From the NCBI RefSeq assembly GCF_006345805.1, contig NC_042997.1, forward strand, positions 59,210,001 to 59,274,000: DNA of 64,000 nucleotides. Reading direction: 5' to 3'. The notes below the pieces were generated by a model that worked only from the letters and a program-made list of their open reading frames with translations, did no database searches and was not told the DNA's origin. Positions 49,161-62,310 of this stretch are shown here, one piece after another; position 1 is the stretch's first letter, and each line of letters starts with the position of its first letter. Source of the stretch: Octopus sinensis. Taxonomy: Eukaryota. Position numbers and translations under genes: made by a program.

Positions 49161-51284
49161 AACTGGATATAGGCTTTCAGTTCAGGGCTGGATCATCTGG
49201 AAGATGTAAGTTTTCATACAAATTAATACTTCACTTCCTGCACTTGTGAGAAAATACACCAAATAAAAAGGTGTTTCATCAACTTCACAGCCACATCATG
49301 TTTCCCATTCAGTTATACAAATACACTTACAAATGCAAATTAACTTTTTCCCCTTCTAAATGGTTTACTACATGGATTTGATATCTTCACATTACATTCC
49401 ATCAATAAAATATACCATTTTAAAATCCAGTTCACTCCTCTCTTGGCAGATGTCTATTGGAACTGGCAGCAGACTGGGAAAAAAACAGTTATGTGAGCCC
49501 AAGTTTTGAGAAAGGCAATTTCAGGCCTAAAATTCTGCTGAACATATAGTTAAATATTTTGGCCAAGGTGCTTGCAAAAAGTTAGTAGATGATGATAATA
49601 TTGTCAAATCCACATAAGCCTGTAAAATTAAGAAATTAAAACATTTGCAACAAACACAATAACATCCTCATCCTTGTCATTACTGTTATTGTTGCTTATA
49701 TCATTCCCTTCATCATTGTCAGTCATCCTCAACGAGGATAACAAAAGCAAAACCACAGCAACAACAATATTATTAACATCCTTTTCATTATCAATATCAG
49801 TTCCTTAACACCAACAATTGCAACAGACACAAGACAACAAGGAAATATTTATGTAGTTACTTGACCTTATTTTTTGTTTAAGCCTCAATAGTTGATGACT
49901 GCAAGAAAAACATAGGTGAGAAGGTAATTCTAGAACAGACATGGGCAACTTTTTCAAGAAGTGGTCCACATGAAATATGGCTTCTCATCAAGTGAACCAT
50001 ACTGCTAAAATGCATTGGTGAATGAATCTATGCCAAATTAGCCAAAGGGTTTTCTTTTGAATACAGTCTTGGGTATTTGTATGTTGTAGCAGCAGCAGTA
50101 CCATCTGGGATGTAGGGGCAACATTTCACTGTGGGTCTCACTTTAAGATTTGTAGAGTCAACAACTGCTTAAGCAGAAGATTAATCCTTGGGACGCAAAT
50201 TTTTCTATTATGAACATGATATTATCAGGAAAGATAATCAGTTAGTATAACCCCAGTTAGTATAACTTTGAGAATTATAATAGTATGTTTTCCTAGATTA
50301 ATGAGGGTTACATACAAAACTGTTTCCTTGATATCTATAGTAATTGTAACTTTGTTTAGTGAAGAAAAGATTATGTCTCCATTGGAGAAGGTTTTGGAAG
50401 TCTCTGTTCAGGGAAGTAGTGCACGCAGGTTTGATGAGGGGTGTTATGATTGGATGTAAATGATATATGTGTGCAAAAAGTTAGGCAAGTGTGAAGAATA
50501 TCATATGTATTATTAAAGGTGACAGTAAAAGTATCATTAATGTACAGGATGGAGACTACAGCAGATATAACAAAAGATTCACTGGGAAACATGGTTTTTG
50601 GTGTTGGTGACATGCTTCCCTAGTAATTTGGGGGTACAGTTTTCAAAAATGAAATCGATTTTGCTTTATCATGTCAAAATCTTTCACAAATTCAAACGTC
50701 CATTTTGTGACATTTCTGGTATTGTCTATGTATGGAGTTTGACATAACTTTGAAAACAATTTTTAAATATCATTTAAAATAAGTGCAACTACAAAAGGGA
50801 AAACAAAAGTCATGATTTAAGTATCTTCAGTAAATGAAAAGTATCAAACTTGAGCAACTTACACTATTTTCAACCTAACCAGTTTTAAATATCACGATGA
50901 TGACAGCAATGTCCTTTATACAATTAGATGTTAACAAACAACACATTTTTGTGGTCTTTGACATCATACATATTTCATATTTGTGGAATTTGTCTGTAGA
51001 TATGCCCAGGCTGTGCTTGATTTAGTCTATCATTGCAAACCAGGTAAGACATATTTAGTTGAACCTTTAAACCATTTCTTACACAAATTGGTTTTTTGAA
51101 TGTGCTTTTAGTGTTTTAATTACAAGATCACACGAGTCAAGATCACTTTTTGTCAAACATCATCAAAAAACTGTAAAAAAAAAACTTCATAGTATGCATG
51201 CTCTTTGTGGAACTTTGCCATCACAAACTTGCATTTGCTTACTTTATAACTGTTGACAATTTTGTAAATACTTTTCCCAGGTTA

Positions 51285-51990
51285 CAGATGGCTTGAATAT
51301 GTTTTGTATATCAGAAATATGGCCAGTTGTGTGAGAAGAAAATGCAAAAACAGCCCTGATGTCCTCTGCTTTATTTGTGGATGTTACACTTAATCTAGGC
51401 AGCAAAACAAAATCACAGATTTTGTGAAGAAAGCTTACTTCACTTACTTTGGTGTGTGACTGGGTCATCAAGACAAAACCTGGGCACCCTGTATAATGTT
51501 TAGAATGTGCTGAAACACTGAGACAGTGACTGATTCAAATACTTAAGCAGAAAGTTTCCAGTTTTGTCTTGTGAGAAAACTAAGGCTGGTGTGTTTGATG
51601 GGCCACAGATTAGGTGGCTGTTGCAGAACAAGCAGTTTTTGGAGACCATGTATAGCATTGAAAAAGAAACATGGAATGCATTTGCTGCAGTTGTATCTGA
51701 TTTCCTTAGAAACAGGAAGTCATCAAATTATGAACTTGTGCAGACCCTCCTAATCAATTTTTGAGCACTGGGCTGCAACATGAGCCTAAAAGTGCATTTC
51801 CTGCACAGTAATGTGCACTACTTCCCTAAAAATCATAGTGCCATAAGTGAGAAAGATTCCACCAAGACATTGAAACCATGGAGACTAGGTATCAAGGCAA
51901 GTGGAACATAAACATGATGGATGACTACCACTGGTCTCTGCAAATAGACTATCATGATGCAAGTTATTCATGCAAAGCAGCAAAAAGGAA
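51285..51990 (+). mobile_element. Internally deleted DNA-transposon transposase pseudogene (superfamily not assigned with certainty)
   Basis: N-terminal CKNSPDVLCFICG...ITDFVKKAY..YFG..LGHQDKTWAP is joined directly to C-terminal KAGVFDGPQIR...LGCNMSLKVHFLHS...FHQDIETMETRYQGKWN..MMDDY; stops and frameshifts. Confidence 0.75.
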
Positions 51991-53835
51991 GTTCTGATGT
52001 GCATTGTTTCAGGGTTTGTAGCCTTGTTCATGTGAAATGGCTAGAATTGTTTTTGCACTTGCCATACATTTGTGTATAGTGGAGAGTAACAAGGAAGTTG
52101 TTAGACAATCTGATAAGTGCAGAGGGAGAATCAAACAGTTGTTGCTAGTCAGGAAAGTCCAGTGAACAATGGAGGTGTCAGACAAACACAGAGGAGTGAG
52201 GAAGGGAACTTTGATCACAAGCCCTTGTTGTTGGTATTCAGGTGAGAGAGGTAAGTAATGGACAGAAAGTATTCTACATGTGCAGATACCAAAGTTCAGA
52301 ATGAAGTTTGAATATAGAGTTTGAACAGCAAAGATAGCTATCATTCATAAACGAGTATAACTTCATAACATGTGCCACACTTTCAATAATTGTTTAAAAT
52401 GTGCAAATTGTCTCGAGCAAACACTATCACGGTCCTGTTGCTCTTGACCCAGGATGTGACAGTAAGAGAGAGGACTACATCAGTACTAGACTGGAACTTT
52501 ATTTTTAGCTGCATGCATGGGAGCAATGTGAAATGGAGTCTTACACCTCATCGAACCCACAATCACTAACCACTAAGCCCCGCATCTTTATGTTTATATT
52601 TATGCATGCTTTGTACATATTTTTACATACATATTGTTTTGTTTTGCTGGTATTAATGCTATTAATAATAATAATAATGATATTAGTAGCAATAGTGTCT
52701 ATGGTAATAGTAATATTAATGTAACTTAATATAAGGAATTCTTGACTTTGTATATCTGCATTTGAATATAGATATGGGTATGTTTCTATATTGTAATATT
52801 CTAATATATTGTTGTGACCAACTGTAACCTTGAATATTGTATCTTATTACTCATTGATGTACATTGTTTTGTTCTATATTATTATGTTCATATGTAGTGG
52901 TTTATTATTATGTTATTCTATATTATTATGTTCATATGTAGTGGTTTAATAAATTATATGATTGGGCATTATCTGGTAGTTGATTATTGATTAAGATGTA
53001 TTACCAAATGATTAATTTAACCCTTTTGATACCAACCTACCTGAAACCACCTCTGGCTCTGTAGTACAAATGTATCGTTTTCATAAGTTTTGAATTAAAA
53101 TCTTTCACCAAACCTTAGTCACAATTTCTGTTCCTAACACTACCTTAATGATAACTAAGTTATTTTACTAAATTCTATTGCTAAGAAACAAGGTATTTGT
53201 TTCTCGAGGGGAATATAATGTGTGTAAAGTAAGAGGTAATGAGTGATGTCCAAGTTGGACCGAAGTTCATAAATATTCGTAAAGAGAGAGAATTATCCAG
53301 CGGATTAGTGTTAAATCACATTCTACGTTCTTTAAAAAGGAAGGATACATAAGATAATCTAGTCCGTTGTGCATTATGTCTAAAACAAAAATATAAACAA
53401 TACAATAAAATAAAGACGGACGATTTTAATTCTAGTTCTTCTGGATCAGGGATGACTGAGAACTTTGATATCTGCAATTGTAACATTACTATCATTATCT
53501 CTCGCTCTACTACGACTACTACTACAATTACTTCCGCTACCACCACCAATAGTATCATCATTATTATCAGTGACTTCCTCATCATCAATAACAGAACAGC
53601 AACACGCCGGCAAACAACAAAGCAGAATCACACATTCACAGTTCAGAAATTATAACAGAATCCTCTACGTGATCCCTCGACCTGCTAGGAAATAACAGCC
53701 AAATCTACAAATTACATCCAACCATATCTAAACAGATATATTGGAAGAACTTTGACCATGTGTCTGTTCAAACAAGATTGACATGAGACTAAACAACACC
53801 ACTTACAACAATAACAATTTGATTTTTTTTTTACC

Positions 53836-53866
<31 letters not shown>

Positions 53867-54035
53867 CTACTTCTTCTTCTTCTTCTTCTTCTACAACAAC
53901 AACTGCTATTAAAATACAAGTATATTTTTCAATAAAATCTAACTAAAATATTTCGATATTTGTTTATATTAACTATATTTTTGTTTGTTTTCACTCAAAT
54001 TATCGATTTTAATTCCGTCGTCAGCGTTCAGTTTG

Positions 54036-54125
54036 GGTGTTATGGCAACTAGTTGCTAGGGAACGATATCTTTACTACGGATGCTCGCGCGGGACATTTT
54101 AAATATGTTTATTAGCATAGGCAAC
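54036..54125. promoter_or_regulatory. CpG-containing promoter-like patch with clustered RFX X-box motifs
   Basis: GGTGTTATGGCAAC (54036-54049), GTTGCTAGGGAAC (54052-54064), half-site CATAGGCAAC (about 54116-54125), and TCGCGCGGG, in otherwise CpG-poor DNA. Confidence 0.55.
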
Positions 54126-54719
54126 GGTAGTTTTTTTCTTCCTTTTTTCTTTTTAAACATATAACTACATAATGCAGCAAGCGTATGTCCAGGAAAATAA
54201 GAAAAGTCCTCCATTTATAACAACAATAGCAACAGCAGCTCCTGAGCTGGCTGTTTTCAAATCAGGAATATTTATCCTTACGTCAGCCCTAATTTATCAG
54301 GCATTTCTACGATCAAAATCATTGCAACGATGAACATCACATCATTTTTTATTTTCAGACTTTATACATCTTACACTACATTATCCAATGTAGTATATTA
54401 AATAGCACCTTTTTAAAGAAGGTAACGTATGATATACGGGAAAATTTGGCTGCTATTTTCATCTGACCAAACGATCACATAGAGCAAAATGAAGAAGCCG
54501 TTATGTCTAAAACAAGATTTCGTCTGAAAACTGACTTGTGACAAAATAAAAATATTTATCTCTTTTACTTGTTTCAGTGATTAGACTACAGTCATGAAGG
54601 GTTTAAGAGAATAAATCGACTCTAGTACTTGTTTTTAAGTCTAATACTTATTCGGCAAGACTTCCTTTTGCACCACCCCACAAAAAACACCCCCTTTATT
54701 TATTTATTTATTATTTCTA

Positions 54720-55115
54720 CTCAAACCCCGTTTTCGGATACGGAGAATACGAATCTGCAAAAAAATTGGCAAAAATCGGTATTTTGAAATTACGCCTCCA
54801 CCCCACCCCCCTAATTTTTTTCAGAAATTGTTTTTCGAAATATGCGGAAAAATATGGAGATTCTGAAAAAAATTTCCAAAAGTTTTTGTAAAATTTTTTT
54901 GGCCGAAATTTTTTTTCAAAATACGTGGAAAAATACGGAGATTATGATTCTGGAAAAAAATTTCTCAAAATTTTTGTAGTTACAGTTATGGTTAGGGTTA
55001 GGAAAAAAGTAAAAAGTGAAGAAATTGGGGGGAAGGGGGTAGGGGGCCGAAATTTCAAAATATCGATTTTTGGCAATTTTCCGGAGTCTCCATATCCGAA
55101 AACGAGGGTTTTTGG
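54720..55115. mobile_element. Degenerate inverted-repeat element
   Basis: aaccccgttttcggatacggaga..caaaaatcg.tattttgaaatt pairs with aatttcaaaatatcgatttttg..tctccatatccgaaaacgagggtt. Confidence 0.55.
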
Positions 55116-55475
55116 TTAAAAAAAAAAAATGGGAGAAAATGGTGGTGGTGGTGGTGGGGAGCGACAGGAGGAAGTCTTTCCACTTATTCTATCTTTTGCC
55201 GAACCGCCTATTTACAGGGATGTAAACAAACCACCACCGGTTGTCAAGCTGTGGCATGAGACAACATTAAAAACACACTCACATACACGTCTGCAATTTT
55301 GCTGCTGGTACTAAAACATTCCCATCAATGATAGTGCTCCTCCACGAAAAATTGCTGTTACTACTACTTAGAACCAATGCAGGAGTTTCTGTACCAAGGA
55401 AGAGAAATCTCATTAGTATCCAGAGTGAATTGCAGGTGCATATGTACTGATAAAAATAATGAATCTTTAATTTAA

Positions 55476-56239
55476 CTGGATCTTTTCCTTTTGAACGGCA
55501 GTTTGTAACATAATTTCTAGGTAACTAAAAAGTTTTAAACTTCATATACTGGTAGAATGTGTTTATAAAACATCATTTTCTCTTGGTTTTATTGAGAAAA
55601 TTCTATAGTTTGTAAGATATTTCGTCTGAAAATCGAGCATTTCGGCAATTTTAACCAATTGATTACCTCCATTGAACTTAAATCATTTGCTGTGTCTAAA
55701 ACTGAGACAACATCCTGTAACTAACCCTAAACCTCCCCCTAACCCTAAATTTTTTTTTCTTAATTGTTAAATTAATTTAATTGTTACGCGTGTAAAAAAA
55801 CTAAAGCAATGAAAAATAATTTAAACAATTAACAAACAAAATAATTCTATAATTTTATACACACGCTTTCCATATATGTATGGAAAGCGTGTGTATAAAA
55901 TTATAGAATTATTTTGTTTGTTAATTGTTTAAATTATTTTCCATTGCTTTCGTTTTTTTTACATGCGTAACAATTAAATTAAGAAAAAAAAATTTAGGGT
56001 TAGGGTTAGTTACAGGATGTTGTCTCAGTTTTAGACTTAGCAAATGATTTTAGCTCAAAAGAGAGCATAGGATTGGTTAAAATTCGAAAAATTAAACTAC
56101 GTTAAACGAACAAATTACAATTTTCTCAAGAAAGCCAAGAGAAAAAAATGTTTTAATTTGAAACATTCTACCAGTATACGAAGTTTTAAAGTGTTTAGTT
56201 AACTAGAAATTGTCTGCCATTCAAAAGGAAACGATCCCT
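55476..56239. mobile_element. Fold-back (palindromic) MITE flanked by TTAA
   Basis: Arms of about 380 bp around a 4-nt loop (55875-55878); TTAA at 55472-55475 and 56240-56243; internal TAACCC/GGGTTA motifs. Confidence 0.75.
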
Positions 56240-56243
56240 TTAA

Positions 56244-58344
56244 CTAGATGTACCCACCGTGACCTGTTGGGTCACAACCACTCCAAGTTGAAAATGTCGA
56301 TTCGCAGTGGGAAAGGAAAAAATACTATTTCAAACTTGAAGCAATAAAATTCTTAAATAATAGTTCTCCTGCCTTTGGTGTGACAACATAAACACAACCA
56401 AATGTTTCTTCTTCAATTTTTTTTTCCTCGCTTTCTTCTTTGCCAGTCTTTGTTACTATTGTTCCTTGATGCACAATGAAAAGAATTCTGTCACTGTTGT
56501 TTTCATATGTTGCTCATTAACAACCATATATATCCTCATAATTTCTTAGCAATATTCTTTGTTCGTCTGGTAGATGAACTTGCAGTTTTACTATTGCAGG
56601 TACTCTTTCATGAACTGAAAATCCTAAAATGGATGGAACTGTTTTGGATGGTCCAACATACCTACCCATTAGATATTGACTAAGCTCGTAATCATAGCAG
56701 CTTTGTCATTTCCTTTCAGTGTGTACTTCATGATATACTTAATTGACCTCACTGAGGTAACGATTTCAACTTTGTAGTGGCATTTGAATGTTCTTAAAAG
56801 AGTCTCATTATGAGGTACAACCCATTTGTTGTTTGTTTTTCCATTCTTATGAGATTCAATTCCTCCCATTTCAACTGATCTTTGTCTATAAAGAGACAGT
56901 CTCTCTGTCTGGTTTTCTGCTTTTTGATTTAGATGATGAAGATTAATATTTTATTTTAATTTAAGAAAAAAAAATATCAATTACCCATGATTCAAAAATA
57001 TCTCATAAAAATATAGGGAGAATTTCTATCTCTCAAGTCTACAGCACTTGCAAAGAAGAAAGTATGGAAAAAGGACGTATGGCTGTAGCTGACTGGACTC
57101 TTTGAAGTGTTGACATTTTCAACTTGATTTTTTTTTCTTAAAGGGGAAATGGCTATTTTATTTGTAATCTTTATCATCTTAATCAAATGACCAGAAAACA
57201 GACAAATTTTGAGTTTTAGTATAATATAGATATATACTTTTTTGACTTAGTTCTACCTACTACATACAGGACACCAAGTGACAAGAAATGGTTGCAAGCT
57301 CTTTCACGAACTTGTTTGCTCCCTGGTAAGGTCCTCTTTCACTGTCACAGTCCTTAAACAGGTTTTGAAAGGTCTATCTAGCATGTCTCTTTCAAGCTGT
57401 CACTTGAAAAAGGCTCTCCTTCATCTTTTCATGGATATGTGTAGCATATGGCTGAGTCACTTCCACCACCTCAGGGCGATGGTATCCTGTAGATTGTGGG
57501 TACCCAACAACTAGACTAGAAACCATTACCAAACCTTGTATCATTTGGTATCAGGCCACACAGAAAGAATATATTTAAAACATTTTTTCTATCTTATTGA
57601 CCATTGCAGTCTGCAAGGTGTTTTTACATTATATATGTAATAATTAAATTATTTATAATGCACTTTATTTTGTTCCCCTGGTATGTGGGAAAATTGCATG
57701 GAACTGACCTTTGATGTAAGAAAGGTTGTGAACTGCTACAGTAGATTACTTGCCCCACCCCCTTTTTTCCGAATGAAAATAAGGGATTTGCAGCATATTA
57801 GGAGGCCAGGGTATTTGATTCCATGCAAAAAAAAAGTCCAATTTAAAAATTTTTACGTCAGTGAAAATTGTGCGGATGAAAAGATCAATGGGGTGAGGGT
57901 GAAATTTCCGAGACTTCCACCCCATTTTCAGACCCCAAAAAGGATTTTGTAGCATATTAAAAGGTCATAAGAGATTTGCAGCATATTAGGCAGTCAGGGT
58001 ACTTAATTCCACACAAAAAAATCCGAGTTTTTACTTAGTGAAAACCGTGTAGGTATTAATCTAAAAATTTACCTTGTTTTTCTTTTGCTCCATTGCTAGA
58101 CAGGGGACTTAACTCATGTTAGGAAACTTACAGATTTCACCAACGTGGAAATAGGCAAAAGTTATGGTTGAAAATCGATTTTTACCACTATCCATGGGTG
58201 CCTCGGGAAAAATAAGCTGACAAAAACACAGCCAGGGTCGTGATCAATGTCCTCCTAAAACTGGAGTGACATGCATGCTAATTTGTGGACGTGAATAAAT
58301 TACATTCTCGTACACACACACATCCTGCCTTTTATAAAAATAGA
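56244..58344 (-). mobile_element. Non-autonomous Helitron (about 2.1 kb) with a RepHel fragment
   Basis: 5' A|TCTATT at 58344; 3' hairpin GTGACC-CAACA-GGTCAC then CTAG|T at 56247-56244; internal peptides WVVPHNETLLRTFKCHYKVE...SIKYIMKYTLKG.DKA and GRYVGP...HERVPAIVKLQVHLPDEQ. Confidence 0.85.
56540..56870 (-). pseudogene. Helitron Rep/helicase gene fragment
   Basis: Matches the remembered RepHel motifs 'WVVPYN..L...F..HINVE...S..S.KY..KY..KG.D.A' and 'RYVS..EA...H.R.P.V..L.VHLP'; frameshifted. Confidence 0.8.
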
Positions 58345-61300
58345 TTATTGTTTTGGGAAGTAATTTGTTTTTTCACTGATGATATATGTAAGTTACTCTC
58401 TCTTTCAAACCCATAACATTCATCCCCCATCACCATTATGGAAACTCTTTTATTTTATTATGTTAGTTTTTATCATAGCTATCAATTTTGAAACTATATT
58501 AATCAAGACAATCAACCCACTTCCCAGTCTGACTGATCTGGGGGAATACCAAATAGTTAAGGACATTGAATAACTTCCTTAGAAAAGTGGTATCAAAATA
58601 GTCTTCACCTCAATATATTCTGTTAGTCATGTATACTTTGAAGTTATTGTTTTACAGTGATTGCTGATCCAGTACCTGTGACATTTTGTCTCCTCATTTG
58701 TGACTATGAACCAATGTGACATGTTAATCATATAATGATATCGTTATAATTCATGTCACCTTTTGGTATGACTTTAGCTTGCTTAACAATAGTAATGAGA
58801 GCTAAGCTAAAGGTTTTAGTTCTGAATAGAACATGTGTACATAATTTGTTCTATCTCAGTATCTTTTTAGTATACAATGTTTTCTGACACATGTGCAACA
58901 ATTTTGAGAGGAAGAGGGGTTAGTTAATATAGTCAACCTCAGTATTTGATTTTATTGACCCCAGAAGGACAAAAGGCAAAGTTGACCCTAGTGGTATTTG
59001 AACTCAGAATGTGAAGAATTGGAAAAAAATAAAAAATACTGCAAAGCATTTTCCTAATGCTTTAACAATTCTTCTAGCTCTATCCACCCAAAATACTGCA
59101 CATCAAATATACACACAAAAATATCTACTAATAATTCTATACACACCTAAAAACATAATATGCATTCTTACGATTTAGTAAACTAGGGGATGTAGGAAGC
59201 AGGATTAGATGTCTTACACAGGGATACAATTGTAGTGATATCCAAACATATACCATATGGTCAGTAGTCAGCACCTTAATATTCACAACCAAATCTCTCT
59301 ATGTATTCACCACTTGAATAAGACATCTGTTAATGTCCCTCTATCATACTTGCAAGAACTTGGTGACCTCACAAGTGCTGATGCCACAAAAGAAGCACCC
59401 AGTACTCTTTGCAAAATGCATCCAGCTGCAAAAACCATGTCCATGTCCAAGCAGATATTGGAGCTCAGCACAATCACTGGTTCATCAGTTTTTTTATTTC
59501 TTGAACCAACCAACCCACCCATACCAGCATGAAAAAAGTGATGTTAAAAATGACAATGACACAGATTTGTCTGTATCCTATCACCATGAATAACAACCTC
59601 TATATGACACTGGCCTTACTGTCATTCAAATCATTTTCATGTGTAAATGACACAAATTTGCATATCTCTCACAATTTCCATACAATGGTCTCATTTAAAA
59701 TAACGGCCATACATGTTTTATGTTCAAACACTTCTATTGCCTACTTGTCTGAAAAGTTGACTGTATATTATTCAATACACCTATCTTCCTTTCTCCCATC
59801 AGTTATAATGACTCATTCTCTACTGACACAAATTAAATACTTCACCCAATCTACCTTATAAAAAAATATATTTCTAAAATTTCCTTCATCGCTATGTTTC
59901 TTCCCCTCCCAATAACTAATAATAGACTGGACGGAACAAAATACCTCACTTCCTGCTATTTCTCAGTCTATAAGGAATTTTTAACTTGTGAATTATCTCT
60001 TCTTCAGAGCAAGAATGATTTCTCACATAGATACAAGGCTATTTATTAACCCCTTTGATACTAACTGCCAGAAACTACCTTTGGTTCTATGATACAAATT
60101 CCATTTTAAAGTGATCTAAACTAAAACCTTTCATCTAAATTTATGTTATATTCCAAACAACAGCTTAATAATGACAAAGTTATTTTAATAAATTCTTCAT
60201 TATTCTCAAAATTATTCTGTCTTTTACTTGCTTCAGTCATGCCTTGTAAGATTTAGTCAAACAGAGCTCAGTAGTTATTTAAAAAAAAATATCTGGTTCA
60301 TATCCTAACAATCTCTTTTGTAGAGCGGCTAAGTTAAGGGGTTGTAAACAAACCAACACAAGTTGTCAAGCGGTGATAGAGGACAGATACATACACTCAG
60401 AAGCTTCTTTTAGTTTCCATCTATCAAGTCCACTCATAAGGCTTTAGTTGGCCTGGAGCTATAATAGAAGATACCTGCCCAAGATGCCATGCAGTACGAC
60501 TGAACCCAGAACCATGTGGTTGGGAAGCAAACTTCAATGTATTTCAAGATAGATATGGTAATAAAAGAATTATTTTTTGTTTTAACTGCAACTTTAACAT
60601 AAGAGAAATGATAGCTTATGTAGATTTTCAAGGCTATTCTATATGATTTCTACATATAGAGAAAAAAAAAGAGGTTAAAAAGTCACTAACCCTAACCCTG
60701 AATGAGACACCAAACGGTAAAACGAAATATTTTCCCAGTATAACTGTCATCAAAGTAGATATAATGTTGAGGTTATACAAGATAAATACTATTAAAATTT
60801 TTCATTTTAATATCTTACATGTTTATAAAATAGGAGCATTGGTTTTCAGCTTCACATCAGATAAGGTACAGAGTTGCAATATACTTAAATCTTTCTTCAA
60901 TTTGTTCATAGTCAGACTGAAGATCTGAATGTCATTAGCTTTGGCATAAGGTAGTTATTATTTTTTTTGATGAACCTAAGTGGCTGCAAGCAGTAAAATA
61001 GTAAAGGGATGTTACTCCAAATTATTAGCGTTAATTCTTGTTTCTTTTTTTTTAATCTTTTGATCAGGAGGGAAAGCAGTTCTTATAACACTTTAAAGGG
61101 CCTACAAGACTGGTAGGAAGGAAGGAAAAAGATATCCTCAAACCAGAGACTTAGTCTGAATGCTTGCAACAGAACAGATTTTGCTAAGGTGGTGATAAAC
61201 TAAGCAATGGGTAAAGTCTACCACCAATGAAAAATTACTAACAAACTTGACCAAAATATTTTACTAGTGCTCCAATCAATGAGTTCAAGAGCAGAATATA

Positions 61301-62310
61301 AACAAAGTTCATTTTAATTCCTGTTGACTACAACCTTTGACGTGTTAGTACTGAATGTTCCCCACCAACAAAAAATTTGAAAATTTTTCATTGTAAAAAT
61401 AACTGATATTTATACTTCTTCCATCATAATCAAGATTGGGTTTCTCAACTGCAGTTACATCAAATAGCACCTTTATACTCCAATATATAATAATTAACAA
61501 ACATTTTACCTATCAGTGTGAGTTTAGATCTTGGGCAAGTGTCTTCTACTATAGCTTCAGGATAAACAAAACCTTGAATGAATTTGGTAGAAGAAACCTG
61601 TTATATATATATACATGGATAAGCTTAAGAGATTTTATGTTTTCCTGACTCGACACCATGCAATAGCTGTAAAAAGCAAGGGTGGTGTTGTTTGTTTCAT
61701 TTGTGAAAACAAGTCCAGCTGCAAGGAAATATTGATTTCAAATTTTGGCACAAGGCTAGCAATTTTGGGGGAGGGAATAAGTCAATTACATTGACCCTGA
61801 AAGGATGAAAGTCAACCTCAGTAAAATTTGAACTCAGAATGTAAAGATGGAAGCAATGCTACTAAGCATTTTGCCCAGTGTGCATACAATTCTGCCAGCT
61901 CACCACCTTTGGCCACAAGGGAATATTACCTTGCTTGACAACAGGAAGGGTATCCAATCATAGAAAAAACTGGCTTCAACAAATTTCATCTAACCTATAA
62001 AGGCAAGGTAAAACATGTCAAAATGATGATAAATTTTATCATATATTTTCACTGTTGATAAATGTATCTGATGCTGAAAAAGAAATACAACTTGTGCATC
62101 TTACATGTAGTTAGGCATAGTCCTTGAAAAGTAAAGTTATAATTCAAAATAGACTTTCTACCTTGTCACAGAAAGTTTGTGTGATTTTGTAACAGGAGCA
62201 TTTAAGCCTTTTACATGATTTCAAAACAAAATATATCCGAGGAAAATCTTTCATTTGGAATAAATTTAGGTATGTATGTAAGCATAAATATGAGTATATT
62301 TACACACACT

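Noticed and set aside
49182-49184. In-frame UGA as selenocysteine
   Set aside because: No SECIS-like AUGA/AA/GA stem-loop recognisable in the short 3'UTR (34845-34690), and no redox motif context.
52870-52948. 33-bp tandem duplication in AT-rich DNA
   Set aside because: Ordinary slippage duplication in low-complexity sequence.
55725-56010. TAACCC/TTAGGG runs as a telomere or fusion site
   Set aside because: Only two or three units, symmetric within the arms of a TTAA-flanked fold-back element.
60834-62269. Plus-strand exon candidates (60912-60950, 61067-61111, 62196-62269)
   Set aside because: The individual splice sites look plausible, but the phases do not chain through to 62196 without a stop and no homology was recognised.
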